A stretch of DNA of 64,000 bases from Eledone cirrhosa (lineage: Eukaryota), in contig OZ024741.1 in NCBI GenBank assembly GCA_964016885.1, forward strand, positions 117,986,001 through 118,050,000. The letters are read 5' to 3'. Every line of letters begins with the position of its first letter. Within the stretch, counting starts at the first letter, position 1. Below the pieces are notes generated by a model. The model was not told the origin of the DNA and ran no database searches. It saw nothing but the letters and a program-made list of their open reading frames with translations. A program made the translations under genes and the position numbers. Below, in pieces: positions 14,238 through 28,995 of this stretch.

Positions 14238-14310
<73 letters not shown>

Positions 14311-14707
14311 CTCTCTCTCTCTTTCACACACACACATATGTATATAGAATAGGTACACCATAGCCCTGTGTATCGTAAAAAGCTACAGAATGGAGTTAAT
14401 GTAAAGAAGGACATTCAGTTGTAAAATATTGCCTCAAACAGTCCTATCCAACATCTCATCCAGTCACTAGCATAGAAAGGTTAATGTAAAAATGATGTTG
14501 ATGATGATACATATATATATTGAGCACTCAATGGAATATGAGACCGTACATAAGCGCACAGGTTCCTGGCTTACCTGGGAGATCAGTGGACTTGGTCTGT
14601 ATTGACTCGTCCCTCCTTTGCTAACAGAGAAAGTGGATGTTAAAATAACAATGATGATGATGATGATTTGAATATATATCATCGTCATCATCATTTATAT
14701 ATATGTG

Positions 14708-15720
14708 TGGGCTCTTAGAAAACTAGGTGTTGACGAATGGCTTGTGAGAGCTATACAAGCCATGTATAAAGAAACAGTCAGCAAGGTTAGAATTAACAAC
14801 GAATATAGTGAAGAGTTTAGTCAGAACTGGATGGAAAAAGTTCAGAGAGCTTATACCACTATTAGCCGCTAAAGGGTTCTCCCTAAAAATGAAAGGCAGG
14901 TTGTATGATGCCTGCATACGAACAGCAATGTTGCATGGCAGTGAGACCTGGGCATTGTGTGCAGAGGATATACGCAGACTAGAGAGGAAGGAAGCTTGCA
15001 TGCTCCACTGGATGTGTAATAGTAATATACGTGAACGGCAAAGCATAAACGAACTAAGGAAAAAATTAGAAATAAGAGGGATCAGATGTTGTTTACTCGA
15101 GAGAAGGCTACGTTGGTATGGTCACGTGATGCGCATGAAAGACGACAGCTGTATAACAAAGTGCAGGGCAATAAAGATAGACGGTAGCCACGGAGTAGGC
15201 AGACCCAGAAAAACCTGGGACGAGCTGATAAATTCCGACCTCACACACTTACACCTCTCCAAGACAATGTCACTGGACCGAGACCTTTGGCGGTACTCAG
15301 TAATAGAGAAGACCCGCCTTACCTAAATACAAAGTAAAACCTACTACAGTCAGTAGGCATCTCTAACAAAATACACCCCCCGTCCCACCTCCCCCACCCC
15401 ATCCACACCGCCCCTTCAATGTAAAGTTATGTTGGTGCCACAACATCCAGGCCGAAACAAATGAGATCGTGTAGGTGTCACGACAAAAAAACACACAGTC
15501 CACGCTGTAATGTGGCCGTGTAGGCAACACTGTAAAGACCTCCCAGCCCCACACTGTAAATGTGGTTGGTGTTAGGAAGGGCATCCAGCTGTAGAAAACC
15601 CGCCAGACAGTCCTATGCGAGCAATGACAACCACTCTTGCCTCAAGTGGGAAAACTCCCGTCCAAACCCATGCAAGCGTGGAACATGGACGTTAAACGAT
15701 GATGATGATGATGATGATGA
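14708..15720 (+). mobile_element. RTE LINE 3' fragment with internal deletion, 3' UTR and (GAT)n tail
   Basis: WALRKLGVDEWLV joined to RTGWKKFRELIPLL...LHGSETW...RLRWYGHV...GRPRKTW. Confidence 0.9.
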
Positions 15721-15852
15721 TACAAATTATATCATATTATTTTTGTTGAGGATTTTCCTGTACCCTTAATAAAAATTATAAAACTGGACCACAATTATGT
15801 TTTCAATATAACGTGTTTGAATGAAAAGTTGTTCTTTACATAACACACACAT

Positions 15853-15896
<44 letters not shown>

Positions 15897-15942
15897 CACA
15901 CACACATATAAATATATATTTCTTTTTTTAATATATTTTCAG

Positions 15943-15994
15943 GAACTTGCAACTTATGAAAAGATGGGTGACCGAGTTCAAATTACTCCTGAAG
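15943..15994 (+). CDS. SAT1/SAT2: Internal coding exon (equivalent of exon 2) of a spermidine/spermine (diamine) N-acetyltransferase, GNAT family
   Basis: tattttcAG|GAACTT...CCTGAAG|GTatta; 52 nt encoding ELATYEKMGDRVQITPE+G. Matches human SAT1 ELAKYEYMEEQVILTEKD and SAT2 ELAEFEKLSDQVKISEE (recalled sequences). Phase 0 to phase 1, joins in frame to the exon at 63689. Confidence 0.9.
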
Positions 15995-16699
15995 GTATTA
16001 GATAAACATTTTTCTTTTACCATTTTTTCTTTAAAAAAATTCTATTAAATCTAATTGTTTATTAAAAAGTAATATCTATAATTGATTGATTGGTTCATTT
16101 GATCCTACCTCCTGAATAAGAGAGAAGGGAAGGGAGGTTTGAATGGATCAGCCAATCAAATTGAAGTTTTTTAAAGTAATAACTCCTGACGATCCTGTTA
16201 GATCTAACATGGTTAATGGAAAGTGATGTATTTTGCATCTGCTGTTGAAATACAATGAGTTGTTTTCATGATCACAACAGCACAACGTGAAGATATCTTT
16301 AATGGAACAACAACAAGAGCTTTATGGCCACTTTCCCTGCTAAAGCAAGGGTTAGCATTGTGGTGCCTTATAACAAGCTTCTCCATGTTTCCCTATCATC
16401 TGCATCCCATCTCACAATCCACCTGACTTTCATTTTTCCTCCATCATTATTAGCCATGCCTTTCTTGGTAATCCCTCTATTTCCTTCCACATTCATATCC
16501 GTCACTCCTCTCACCCAGTCACTTTCACCTTTCCTCAATCATCATCATCACCGTTTTACGTCCATTTTTCCACGCTAGCATGGGTTAGACGAGTTGTCCT
16601 GTTGTGGGCAATGCTAGGTCAGGTGACCATGTCTTGCTCATACAGAACTGATTTTGGCTTGGTTTCTACAGCTGGATGCTCTACTTAATGCTAACCTTA

Positions 16700-18595
16700 T
16701 TTACAGTGACTACTGGGTGCTTTTTGTTGTGACACCTACACAACCACTTTACAGTGAGTACTGGGTGCTTTTTGTCGTGACACCTACATGACCACTTTAC
16801 AGTGGGTACTGGGTGCTTTTTGTCGTGACACCTACACAACCACTTTACAGTGAGTACTGGGTGCTTTTTGTCGTGACACCTACATGACCACTTTACAGTG
16901 AGTACTGGGTGCTTTTTGTCGTGACACCTACACGACCACTTTACAGTGAGTACTTGGTGCTTTTTGTCGTGACACCTACATGACCACTTTACAGTGAGTA
17001 CTGGGTGCTTTTTGTTGTGACACCTACAATCACTTTACAGTGAGTACTGGGTGCTTTTTGTCATGACACCTACACAACCAGTTTACAGTGAGTACTGGGT
17101 GCTTTTTGCCGTGACACCTACACAACCACTTTACAGTGAGTACTATGTGCTTTTTGTCGTGACACCTACACAACCACTTTACAGTGAGTACTGGGTGCTT
17201 TTTGTCGTGACACCTACACAACCACTTTACAGTGAGTACTATGTGCTTTTTGTCATGACACCTACATGACCACTTTACAGTGAGTACTGGGTGCTTTTTG
17301 CCGTGACACCTACACAACCACTTTACAGTGAGTACTATGTGCTTTTTGCCGTGACACCTACACAACCACTTTACAGTGAGTACTGGGTGCTTTTTGTCGT
17401 GACACCTACACAACCAGTTTACAGTGAGTACTGGGTGCTTTTTGCGTGACACCTACACAACCACTTTACAGTGAGTACTGGGTGCTTTTTGCCGTGACAC
17501 CTACACAAACACTTTGCAGTCTGTAGTGGGTGCTTTTTGCTGTGACACCTACACAACCAGTTTACAGTGAGTACTGGGTGCTTTTTGCCGTGACACCTAC
17601 AAAAACACTTTGCAGTGAGTACTGGGTGCTTTTTGCTGTGACACCTACACAACCACTTTACAGTGAGTACTGGGTGCTTTTTGCCGTGACACCTACACAA
17701 CCACTTTACAGTGAGTACTGGGTGCTTTTTGCCGTGTCACCTACACAACCACTTTACAGTGAGTACTGGGTGCTTTTTGCCGTGACACCTACACAACCAC
17801 TTTACAGTGAGTACTGGGTGCTTTTTGTCGTGACACCTACACAACCACTTTACAGTGAGTACTGGGTGCTTTTTGTCGTGACACCTACACAACCACTTTA
17901 CAGTGAGTACTGGGTGCTTTTTGCCGTGACACCTACACAACCACTTTACAGTGAGTACTGGGTGCTTTTTGCCGTGACACCTACACAAACACTTTGCAGT
18001 GAGTACTGGGTGCTTTTTGTCGTGACACCTACACAACCACTTTACAGTGAGTACTGGGTGCTTTTTGCCGTGACACCTACACAACCACTTTACAGTGAGT
18101 ACTGGGTGCTTTTTGCCGTAACACCTACACAAACACTTTGCAGTGAGTACTGGGTGCTTTTTGCCGTGACACCTACACAACCACTTTACAGTGAGTACTG
18201 GGTGCTTTTTGTCGTGACACCTACACAACCACTTTACAGTGAGTACTGGGTGCTTTTTGCCGTGACACCTACACAACCACTTTACAGTGAGTACTGGGTG
18301 CTTTTTGCCGTGACACCTACACAACCACTTTACAGTGAGTACTGGGTGCTTTTTGCCGTGACACCTACACAACCACTTTACAGTGAGTACTGGGTGCTTT
18401 TTGCCGTGACACCTACACAACCACTTTACAGTGAGTACTGGGTGCTTTTTGTCATGACACCTACACAACCACTTTACAGTGAGTACTGGGTGCTTTTTGC
18501 CGTGACACCTACACAACCACTTTACAGTGAGTACTGGGTGCTTTTTGTCGTGACACCTACACAACCACTTTACAATGTGGACCGGGCGCTTTTTA
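16700..18595. repeat. 48-bp minisatellite, about 39 copies, inside an RTE 3' tail (16538-18600, minus strand)
   Basis: Unit CCACTTTACAGTGAGTACTGGGTGCTTTTTG(C/T)CGTGACACCTACACAA; preceded by the (ATC)n-CGTTTTACGTCC...GCATGGGTT tail. Confidence 0.95.
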
Positions 18596-19789
18596 CAATG
18601 TCACCATCATGATCACTTTTCCGTGTGGGTTGGGGGCTTCAATGGATGTATACTTACATTACCCAAATATCTGATTCCATTTCTCTTCACAACATTCATC
18701 ACTTGCTCTATTCTCATCATCCTTTGCAATTCATTGTTTGTCTTCCTCTCTCATATCTTAAGGAAACAAACCATGTTCATATTTGTTGTATCTTAAATCA
18801 TGATTCAGAAGAGAAACCACCTAATTCTTTCCTCAATCTTCTTTTTATCTTTTTACCTCCTTTTGCCTTGGCTTGTTTCTGGACCATAGCATTGTGTAAA
18901 GAGTGTTTATAGGATAGGGGTGTCAAACTTATTTACTATGGTAGGCCAGATATAATATGAGTACAAAATATGCAAGCCAGATGAAACAAAAGGGTAAAGA
19001 TCCTACTTCAATCACAAATGACCACGGGTTTTGCATCTAGAAAGTTTCCTTCTAAGGCACAAGTCCTGACATGGTGCTTTTGTGGAAGACCATCAGTCGC
19101 CCATGCATACTAGTCTCTCCTCACCATTTAAGGGAGATTTGACTGGTTACTGCTATTTCTAGCAAATGGAGCAACCACATAGAGGCTTCTGGAATTTGAT
19201 AGTGAAATCTATTTTCCCCTTTTTTTCTACGGAAGAAAAATATATTGAGCAGAATCAACTAGTGTATAACAATATCAATAACAGCAACAACAACCCAAAT
19301 GTTTTTTTTTTAAATATTTTTTAATCCATATGCATTATTCATCTCTTAGTTTATTTATTTTATTTTATTTTTTGTTTTATCTCTTTGATATGACTTGTTC
19401 CTGTTCATTCTTGTGTAAATGGCATTTAGGTTTTGGGAAATGACATTCTGACCTTTCGTGCTTCAGTAGACATCGGTATTTTTAGTTGAATATCAAATGC
19501 CCATCTCTGCCTATAAATGTCATTGGAGTACAGGTTTTAACAAGTTTGGTGGCACCATTGCAAAGAATAGAAGAAAAAAAAAAGACATTTTTTTCTTTTT
19601 TGCTTTGTTAAGATATAAATCCAGGGACATGTAGATCCAGCAATTTTTTAAGTGGCTGATCAGATTAAGTGTTCATATTTTGTATGGTTCTAACTTCTTA
19701 AATCCAACACAACACTCTATGATACATTTTGAATCTGCTTCCCTTTCTGGCTCTATTTTGAAAGAAAGACACTGCCTATTCCAGTTGCC

Positions 19790-20200
19790 AATTGTTAAAG
19801 GAGGTATCTTCAATTTGGTATTTGTGCTAACCCTTACTTATGGTCATGAATCTTGGTTAATGACCAAAAGGATACAATTGCAAATACAAGCAGCTGAAAT
19901 GGTGTTCTTCTGAAAGGTCTTTGGAGTAATGTTACTTAATAGAATGCATAGATCAGAGATCAGGGAGATGCTACTTCTTCGAATTGAGAGATCACAGCTA
20001 CAATATTACAAACCTATGGTCAGAATTTCTAAGGAAAGAAAACCAACTGGCAAGAGATCCAGGGATAAACCCCAAACAAGATTTTTGAATAACACCCATG
20101 AGCTCAGCTGGTCTCGTTTAGGGATCCAGCCAGATCAATTGGAGACAGTTGCTTCTGACAGAATCATCTGGAAGGCATGCCTGAGGACTCTATCTTTCTG
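19790..20200 (+). mobile_element. Second RTE family (REX3/Expander-like) 3' fragment; further copies ~26095-26460 (+), 53100-53370 (-), 60350-60780 (-)
   Basis: LTYGHESWLMT.RIQ.QIQAAEM.F...LLLRIERSQL. Confidence 0.75.
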
Positions 20201-20502
20201 CTAAATAATTACAGGATGTTAAGAGTTAATACTGCAAATTTCCCCAACAATCTGTCCATTAGTAAAGATAGTATAAACATCTAGATTAATAAAACTATTT
20301 GTCAGATATTTTTGTTTTACTGCTAAATAATTATAGTATGTTAAGCATTAATACTGCAAATTTCCACAACAATCTATCCACTAGTAAAGATAGTATAAAC
20401 ATCTAAATTAATAAAGCCACTTGTCAGATATTTTTTGTTTTTCTGCTAAATCATTACATTATGTTAAGTGTTAATACTGCAAATTTCCACAACAATCTGT
20501 CC
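20198..20502. repeat. ~120-bp tandem repeat, about 2.5 copies
   Basis: CTGCTAAAT.ATTA...TTAATACTGCAAATTTCC.CAACAATCT recurs three times. Confidence 0.85.
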
Positions 20503-21289
20503 TCCATTTAAAAATATTTTTCTGCTTACAAGATCTTAAGAGTTGATATATGTTTCATTAATATAGTATGTCACTGACCCATTTATGCTGTTTAGTGACT
20601 TGCTGTAATGGTAACAAACATCAGTCAAAATAAACAGGTTGGAATTTCTCTTATTTTGGCTTAGTTGAACAGGAGTGGGTGGGGGAGTAGAGATTAGGGG
20701 AAGGTGGCTAGGACTTTTATTTATTTATTCTTTTACTAGTTTCAGTTATAAGAATGTGGCCATGCTAAGTCACTGCCTCCGAGGAATATAGTCAATCATA
20801 TCAACTCATGGGATCTTTTTATTTTCATTTAAGTCTAGAATTTATTTTGTCAACCTCTACTTGCCAAATTGTTAAGTTAAGGAAACAAACAAATAGTAAA
20901 TGTAAACGCACACATGCAGGGACACACACACACACACACAATGTGCACATGCACACACACACACGTTGAACTTCCATCGTTTCTGATGAGTGCTCCAATT
21001 GATTCAATTAACGGAATTGTCTGCTTGTGAAATTGAGAGCATTCCACAGACCTGTGACCTTTAATGTAGTTCTCAGGGAGATTCAGCATGACAATATGTG
21101 ACAAGGCTGGCAACTTAAATATCAGGTACAACTCATTTTTGCTAGCTGTGTGAACTGCAGCAATGTGAAATAAAGTGTCTTGCTTAAGGACATAATGTAT
21201 TGCCAGGTACGGCATATATATATATATTTTTTTTTCATCCTTCTGTGTTCATTAAAATAAAATAGCAATTTAGAGTCAATATAATTCGT

Positions 21290-22005
21290 TGGATGTGTAA
21301 TAGTAATATATGCGAACGGCAAAGCATAAATGAACTAAGTGAGAAATTAGGAATAAGAGGGATTAGATGCTGTTTACTTGAGAGAAGTCTACGTTGGTAT
21401 GGTCACGTGATGCGCATGAAAGACGACAGCTGTATAAAAAAGTGCAGAGCGATCAAAATTGATGGAAGTTACGGAGTAGGTAGACCCAGAAAAATCTGGG
21501 ACGATTTGATAAATTCCGACCTAACACACTTACACCTCTCCAAGACAATGTCACTGGACCGAGATCTTTGGCACCACGCACTAATACAGAAGACCCGCCT
21601 TGCCTATGTTCATAGCGAAACCTACAGTCAGTAGGCACCTCTTAACCAAATATACACCCCATCCCACTACCCCTACTCCACCCCCACTCCCACCAACACC
21701 ACTCTCTCTCTGTAAAGTTATGTTGGTACCACAACATCCAGTCCAAAATAAATGAGGTCGTGTAGGTGTCACAACAAAAAAACACACAGTCCACGCTGTA
21801 ATGTGGCTGTGTAGGTAACACGGTAAAAACCTCCTAGTCCACACTGTAAATGTTGGTGTTAGGAAGGGCATCCAGCCGTAGAAAACCCGCCAGATAGTCC
21901 TATACGAGCGAGACACGGTCTCCCGACGAATCTTGCCTCCAGTAGGACAATTCCCGTCTAAACCCATGCTAGCGTGGAAGATAGACGTTAAACAATGATG
22001 ATGAT
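21290..22005 (+). mobile_element. RTE LINE 3' fragment
   Basis: ORF 21293-21634 (LRWYGHVMRM, GRPRKIW) and the same 3' UTR and tail as 15010-15720. Confidence 0.9.
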
Positions 22006-23790
22006 AATTAACTTATCCCTTCCTTCTCTAAATTAGAAACCAAGTGGATTGGCAGTGTTGGTTGAGCGTTTTGCAGCATATAGTTACATGTTTTTATTTT
22101 TGAGTTCAAATCCCGCCGAGGTTAGCTGTGCCTTTCATCCTTACGGGGTTGGTACAATATAGTAACAGTAACACACTAGAGTCGATTTAATCAACTTTCT
22201 TCAACCCTAAAATTGTTGGCCTTGTTTTTAAACTAGAAACCATCGTTGTTATTGTGAAACTGGTTTCATCGCTGAAGACTGGGTCTTTGGATTCGCTTTT
22301 CTGCCAATAACATCTGTTAATTTTCTTTTTCAAAATCATTGATTGATGATACTTATATCAAGTAAAATATAAACAAATTTGTTTTTGTTATTATTATTAT
22401 GGTTGTTGTTTTTTTTTGTTTAGTTTTCTCTTTCTTCTACTAGAATATAATAGTGAAACATGCAAGTGAGAGATATCAACTGTCTGAAACAAGTACAAAA
22501 CAATCATTATATTGATTATATATAAAATTTGCAGAAGTAATCACCTCCTGCTAGCATATATAAATTAATTTGAAAAAGATTGAAAAATAAATAGAGTGGA
22601 ATGAAAAAAAACATAATAATAAATGGGTTTTAAAATAGCACAAAATGCTCAGCAAAGATAAAACTGTTTGAATAGAATGACCTAGAAACTGATACTACTA
22701 AACGATATAAAACACTATTATTATATGTGATTTGCTATTTAGGATGCTATTATTGATCCTGAAGAAACACAGTTGTCTGTAACTGATGCCTATATGAAGA
22801 TTGTTAACAATACTCATTTGTTATATATGCCAGTGATAGAGAAAAAATACTTACAAAAAGATAGAAAAAACATGTCTTCAGTTATCTCCCGTATTTGTTG
22901 CCAAAAAGTACAATTTTGTGACTGTATTTCTAATGAAATACATACTATTTCAATGAATTAATGAAGAATTTTGAAGGTTTATTAAAATAATTAATTATTT
23001 CATTACTAAGATAGTAACTTAACACATAGTATAAAAAAATTATGGTGGAAGATTATAATTTATAAAGGAACCCTTTAAAGCAGGCAGTTTTATAGAACTA
23101 GAGCTGGTTTTGTATATTTTCATGTATACATTGCACTGATAGATCAGTCACACTTTCATTTTCCATACCACATTTGCAATGGTTGTTCATGTATTTTCAT
23201 GGAAAAAAGTGAAACTTATACATGAATATATATATATATCATCAACATCGTTTTTACAGCAGCTTGGGTTGGACATGACTTTTGTTTGGGGTAAAATTTT
23301 ACACCCAGATGCACTACCTACCTATCTATCTATCATCATCATCGTTTTTAATATATATATATATATTATCATCATCATCATCACCGTTTTATGTCTGTTC
23401 TTCCATGCTAGCATGGGTTAGATGGGTTGTCCTGTTGTGGGCAGTGTGTGGTTGGCTGACCTAGTCTTGCTCATACGGGAACTGATTTTGGCTTGATTTC
23501 TACAGCTGGATGCCCTTCCAAACCCCAACCTCATTTACAGTGAGTGCTGGGTGCTTTTTTTCCGTGGCGCCTACACGTCCACTTTACAGTGTGGGCTGGG
23601 TGCTTTTTTGGTGTGGCACCTCCACGACCACTTTGCAGTGGAATGATAGGGACTCCAGTCCTATCATCTCATTTCTACAGCTGAGTAAACTGGAGCAATG
23701 TGAAATAAAGTGTCTTGCTCAAGAAACAACACATCACCCGGTCCGAGTATTGAACTCACAACCTTTCGATTGCAAGCCCAATGCTTTAAC

Positions 23791-23867
<77 letters not shown>

Positions 23868-26800
23868 TGTATATATATCAGCACTTTGTGTCAATAATTG
23901 TCACAAGTGTAGTGTTTGTACCAGAGTTTTCAAGTCGCTGGCTGGACTAAAAAGTCACACTCGTTCAGCGCATCGGTAGGGGTTCTCCTACATGGATATA
24001 CAGTAGTGGCCGTACTCGAAAACGAGTTGGCAGCCACCATGTATATATATATATATATATATGTCTGAATGTCAAAGCAAAGATGACCTCGGTATAAGGG
24101 GAATCAGATTCAATGTGCAAGAGAGTGGACTACACTGGTAAGGACATATAATGCATATGGATGATGATTGTTGGGTGAAAAAGTACCAGGATATGCCATT
24201 AGAAGGAAGTTACAGTAGAAGGAAAACACAATAAGACATGGACTGAAGATCTCAATACACTGAACATTACAGAGGAGTCAATGAAAGAGTACATTGAATG
24301 TTTACTTTATAAAAAAATTTGAAGTATAGGTTTTAAGGGGGCAACAATGATAAAATGAATATATAAATATATATCGAGACTAGTAATAGGTAGTAACCTA
24401 ACCACTACCATGCTAGTCAATACATCAATCTCCACTGTTCAATCGACCCTCTGAAACGATTGTAAAACAATGAACTAACTCTCTACCTACACCTGACTTC
24501 TGTTTTTATTATTCAAACACACACACATATATATATATATAAACATAAATTCTCTTTTATTATCTATGCACCATCAAAATATGGATCTCTGCCAGCCTAA
24601 GTGGTGCAATAATTCAGTGTAGTTAAACATTATTTGATCTCTTTATGAAAAAAAATTATGAAGTTCATGTTTGAATGAGGCTGTAATTCATACAGAAAAA
24701 AAAACAATTTTTAATTGCAACATTTAATTGCAACATTTCATAAGAGACTCAGTTACAGTGGCCACTTTCTTCTGGTGTGATCTATGAATGAAACCTGTTA
24801 CATTTCTACTGGTGAGGGTAATCAATTTTGGGTGTTGGTAATTCAAATTATCCTCTGTCTATTATATAAGTGGTTTCCTTCATTCCACTCTGTCTCTGTG
24901 AGATGGATTGACTGTTCTAGTGCATCTCCCCTACTCTCCTTCAGGGAAATGTCTTCTCCATCCTGTTTGCCTGGACTACAAGGCTGATTGGCCCTTAACC
25001 TGCATTGATAGACTTGAAAACATATACATAAACTATATGTTGCTTTTTAATATTGTGAGGATCCTTCAGTTGTGTCAAGGACATGGCAACTTCCAAAGTT
25101 AGTGATCTACATAATAAACACCTAGTACACACTGTAACGTGGTTGGTGATAGGAAGAGAATCCAGCTATAGAAAGCTTGCCAAAGAAAGGGTTGGGAGGA
25201 CCCTTTAGTTGTGTCAAGGACATGATAGCCTCCCTAGAGCTGATGATCTACACAATAAAAGTACCTAGTACACTCTGTAAAGTGGCTTGTGTTAGGAAGA
25301 GCATCCAGCCATGGAAAGCTTGCTAAACAAGGGGTTCAGAAGTCCCTTCAGTTTGGGTCAAAAGACATGACAACTTCTCTACACCCAATAGAACATATAA
25401 CCATATGTAAGCAGACCACTCGGCCTATTTGGGAGGTAAGTAGCCTTGCTTCAGTACTGATTTAGTCTATGTAGATCCATCCAACCCTTGCTAGCAGGAA
25501 AAGAGGATGTTAAATGATGATGATAATATATAAAAACCTACAACATACAACTGTTTGTCATGAGTTTTTGAGGCATCAAATTGGTAGAGTCATTAGAGCA
25601 TTAGATTAAATGCCACAGTATTTATTCCAGCCTTCAGTGCTCTGAGTTCACATCTCACTACTGAGGTCAGCTTTGCCTTACATCTTTTTTGGGTTGATAA
25701 ATACAGTTCCAATTCAGGGAGCAGTGGATTTATGGAAGTGTTAGAGAATCAAACAGAGTGCCTCATGGTATTTGATCTGGTTCTGAGTGTTCTGAATTCA
25801 AATCTTGCCACTTTCTGCCAAGAGTTACGACCGGCGGACAGTATCAACAATGGAAAGACAATGAGAGACATTGTTTCCTTGGTCTAATTTGACAGGCTTC
25901 TAAACAGTTTCTATCACCCAATTTCACTCACAAGGCTTGTGTCAACCTGAGGCTATTGCCCAATATGCCATTTAATGAAATCAAATAATTATTGTGAAGC
26001 AAACTTCTTAACTATTCAACCATAATACATAGCATTAATAGTCTGAAAATAGATAATTTTATTAATAACTTATCTCAGGTATTTAGACATTTAAGATCAA
26101 AAGGTCTTTGGAGTAACGTTACTCAATAAAGTACATAGCTCAGAGATCAGAGGTCACTCCTGATAGAACCACTACTTCTCCGAATTTAGATATCACGGGC
26201 ATGTGGTTAGAATATCTCAGGAAAGAAACACTGGACAGATTTTACAGTCAAAACCAGCCAGCAGGAGATCCCGAGCAAGATGGTTGGATAACATCCATGA
26301 GCTCGGCTGGTTTCACTTGGGGATCTAGCTGGATCAGTTGGAGTTGGTTTCTTCTGACAGAACCTACTAGATGTGCTTGAGTACTCTACCCCCATGCCCC
26401 CCCCCCCCCCCCCCCCCCCAAGAATAAGTGGGCAAAGAAGGAGGTGACGAAGAAGAAAATGACAACTCAAGTATGTTTACCACACAAATAGAAAACTCTG
26501 TTAATTAAATTCAGAGTTGTACTTGTTTTGTAAGCATTTTGATTTGAAAGTCAGTGTAGAAACTGAAACAATTATACTGTAAAAGAGCCATTTAATCCCT
26601 TTGATATCAAACTATCTGAAACCACTCCTGTCTTCTTTTTTTTGTGTGGTTTTTAATATAAAACTACTAAAGTGTTTATATCTATCTAAAAAACTCCCAT
26701 CATAATTTTAACTCTTTAGCATTCACATTATTCTATATTTACTATTGAATATTCACAGTAAAGGCATTATCTCATCTATCAAATCTGAGATTTATTATTG

Positions 26801-27629
26801 AACAATGTATTAATATCTGTATGAGCAGCCTGTTACAACCGGTTTGAAAAGAAAGAGGTGAGGGAATTCTGGCCGGTTTAAATGGGTTAAGTTATGTTTC
26901 AAACACTAGATAAATAATTGTTTCTACTTTAGGCACAAGGCCAGCAATTACCCAGTGCATTACTGGTACTTTATTCTATCGGCCCCGTAAGGATAAAAGG
27001 CAAAGTCAACCTCGGCGGGATTTGAACTCAGACTGTAAAGGGACGTAACTATGCTGGAAAGCATGGCGTCCGACCCTCTACCGATACTGCCAATCCACCG
27101 CCCTAGATAAATAATGAAGAAAGTTTGTTATATTACTAAATCCCTCCAAATTCTTGGTTATTTTCAAAATCATTTAAAAATTATAGGCAATGTTTTTTAA
27201 TTAGAAATGTGGTAACGAAAAGTTAAGAACACAGAAAAACTGTTGTAGTCAATTTTTATTTCTTTCTTGTGTCGTCAAAATGTTTGTTTCACCTCAGTGA
27301 CCTGGTTACTGACACAATTTTACAGCATCTGTTGAAAATTAGTTAATGGTAAGTGTTTATAGGCCACAAAAAGGTTCTTTTAATGAATAAATGATTTGTT
27401 TATTTTTAAATTTCTATTTTTGCTGTCTATATTTGTTATAGTTATTGTGCTACCATTAGTCACTCTCTAGATCCAATAATTCCATCTACCTCTATATATT
27501 TCTATGTTTCATTATCCTCATTAGTTCTTTTCTTCTTCTTTATTATGTCACGGTGGCTAGTTTTGAACATATGGTGACATTGTGTGCAATATTTATATAA
27601 AGTGCCTGCTATATATATATATATATATA

Positions 27630-28995
27630 TATTTATTAAAATAACAGATTAAAGTTTAAGCAAAGAATCGCTGCTTTCACCCTTAACGGGATCTTCTGAA
27701 ACTAACAAAGTCAATCTGTAAACGCAGAACTGGATATTTCAAAAAACGTTGCAACCGGAGGAAGACGATACTTTGGTTCGTGGAAACGTTCGCTGGCTAA
27801 GAACGGGAAAAAAGGAATATAATACGTCATTAATAGGAGCGGTGAAAAACAATTACGCGCAAAGACAGAACCACGTTTATGGTATAAAAGAGGTCGTAGA
27901 CTAATGTTCTCTTAGGTGGTGCATAGAGACGTTCTCTGGCAATGAACGAAAAAAACGAAGATAATACGTCATATGTGGAGCGTGGAGAACAATAGCACGC
28001 AAAGACAAAACCACGTAAATGGTATAGCAGAAGTCGTAGACTAAAATTCTAACTAGGAAACCGAATGAATCTCCGTTACAGAGTTAAGAACAAAGTAAAT
28101 AAATACAATACAGAAGTAATAGAAATAAATAAATACATACACGCAAACACATACATACATACACAAGCATACGCAAAAACTTACCATAGGTAAACAAAAC
28201 CACGCACATATAAATGTGTGTGTGTGTGTAAGCGTGTATACAAATAAATAAATAATTATATAAACGTATATAAATAAATAAATACGTATATAACAAGCGC
28301 ACACACATACCTACATGTAAATACACGAATGTTCGGAGACGTAAGTCAACCAAAACATGAAGTACACATATACACACGCCCTACATACGTACGAACCTGC
28401 ATACTCACACAGACGCAAAACTCACGTATACACATAGCCGAACCATATGTACCAGAATATATAAAAAAATTATACGCCATAACAATCAAATATACGTACA
28501 AGAAGGTATACGTACCTTCACAAAACATACGGATAATATATACTTACCTATACAAATAAGTAAAGGTATAAACAAAACATATACTTAGCTCCCACATCGA
28601 GATGTAAAATATCCACGTATAGATCGTACTATCCGTTAGGGTATAATGTGGGGCTGTAATACAAGAAAGTGTTGTGCAATTTATGTTTACAAGCCGAAAT
28701 TGCCTCAGATTTTTTGTTTAAGATGTGGTCTGTGGCGTAGAGTATTTCCAGGGCCTCAGCGGCGCAGAGGTCACATGGTCTTTTATTTCCGTTATACGAT
28801 CTAGCCCTAGCTAGGATCTCCCAGTGTAACTTATATTGGGTGTGGCTGTCTTTTAGACTCCAGATATAAGCTGAAAGTGATGTCATATTCCTTCTTAGAG
28901 GGTAACGAAAAGAATGGGTATGCATGTAAAGACGCTGCTTGAACCCTATGTAGGCCCTACGGGGCGTAGGTGTTACAACCTTACATTTGTAGACA
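27630..28995 (-). mobile_element. 5'-truncated Penelope-like element (GIY-YIG fragment plus 3' UTR)
   Basis: YKCKV...[16 protein letters not shown]...[11 protein letters not shown]...WEIL...[12 protein letters not shown]...LNKKSE...CKH; same EN type as ORF 33458-34459. Degenerate hammerhead-like CAGAAGA..GAAA near 27675-27698, then AATAAA and (TA)n. Confidence 0.8.

Noticed and set aside
16187-16225. CTGACGA followed by a small hairpin and GAAA
   Set aside because: Spacing does not place GAAA at the base of stem II, and there is no stem I or III.
17030-18612. Cys/His-rich repeat ORF (CRCHGKKHPVLTVKWL)n resembling a metal-binding protein
   Set aside because: Translation of the 48-bp minisatellite derived from the RTE 3' UTR.
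22743-22961. Open frame DAIIDPEETQLSVTDAYMKIV... after an AG
   Set aside because: No recognisable homology, and splicing from the 52-nt exon would give a stop within four codons.
27670-27700. Hammerhead-like CAGAAGA-tCCC gttaa GGGt-GAAA (minus); similar remnants at ~11694-11730 and ~12030-12065
   Set aside because: Core mutated and stems I/III not recoverable; at most decayed relics.
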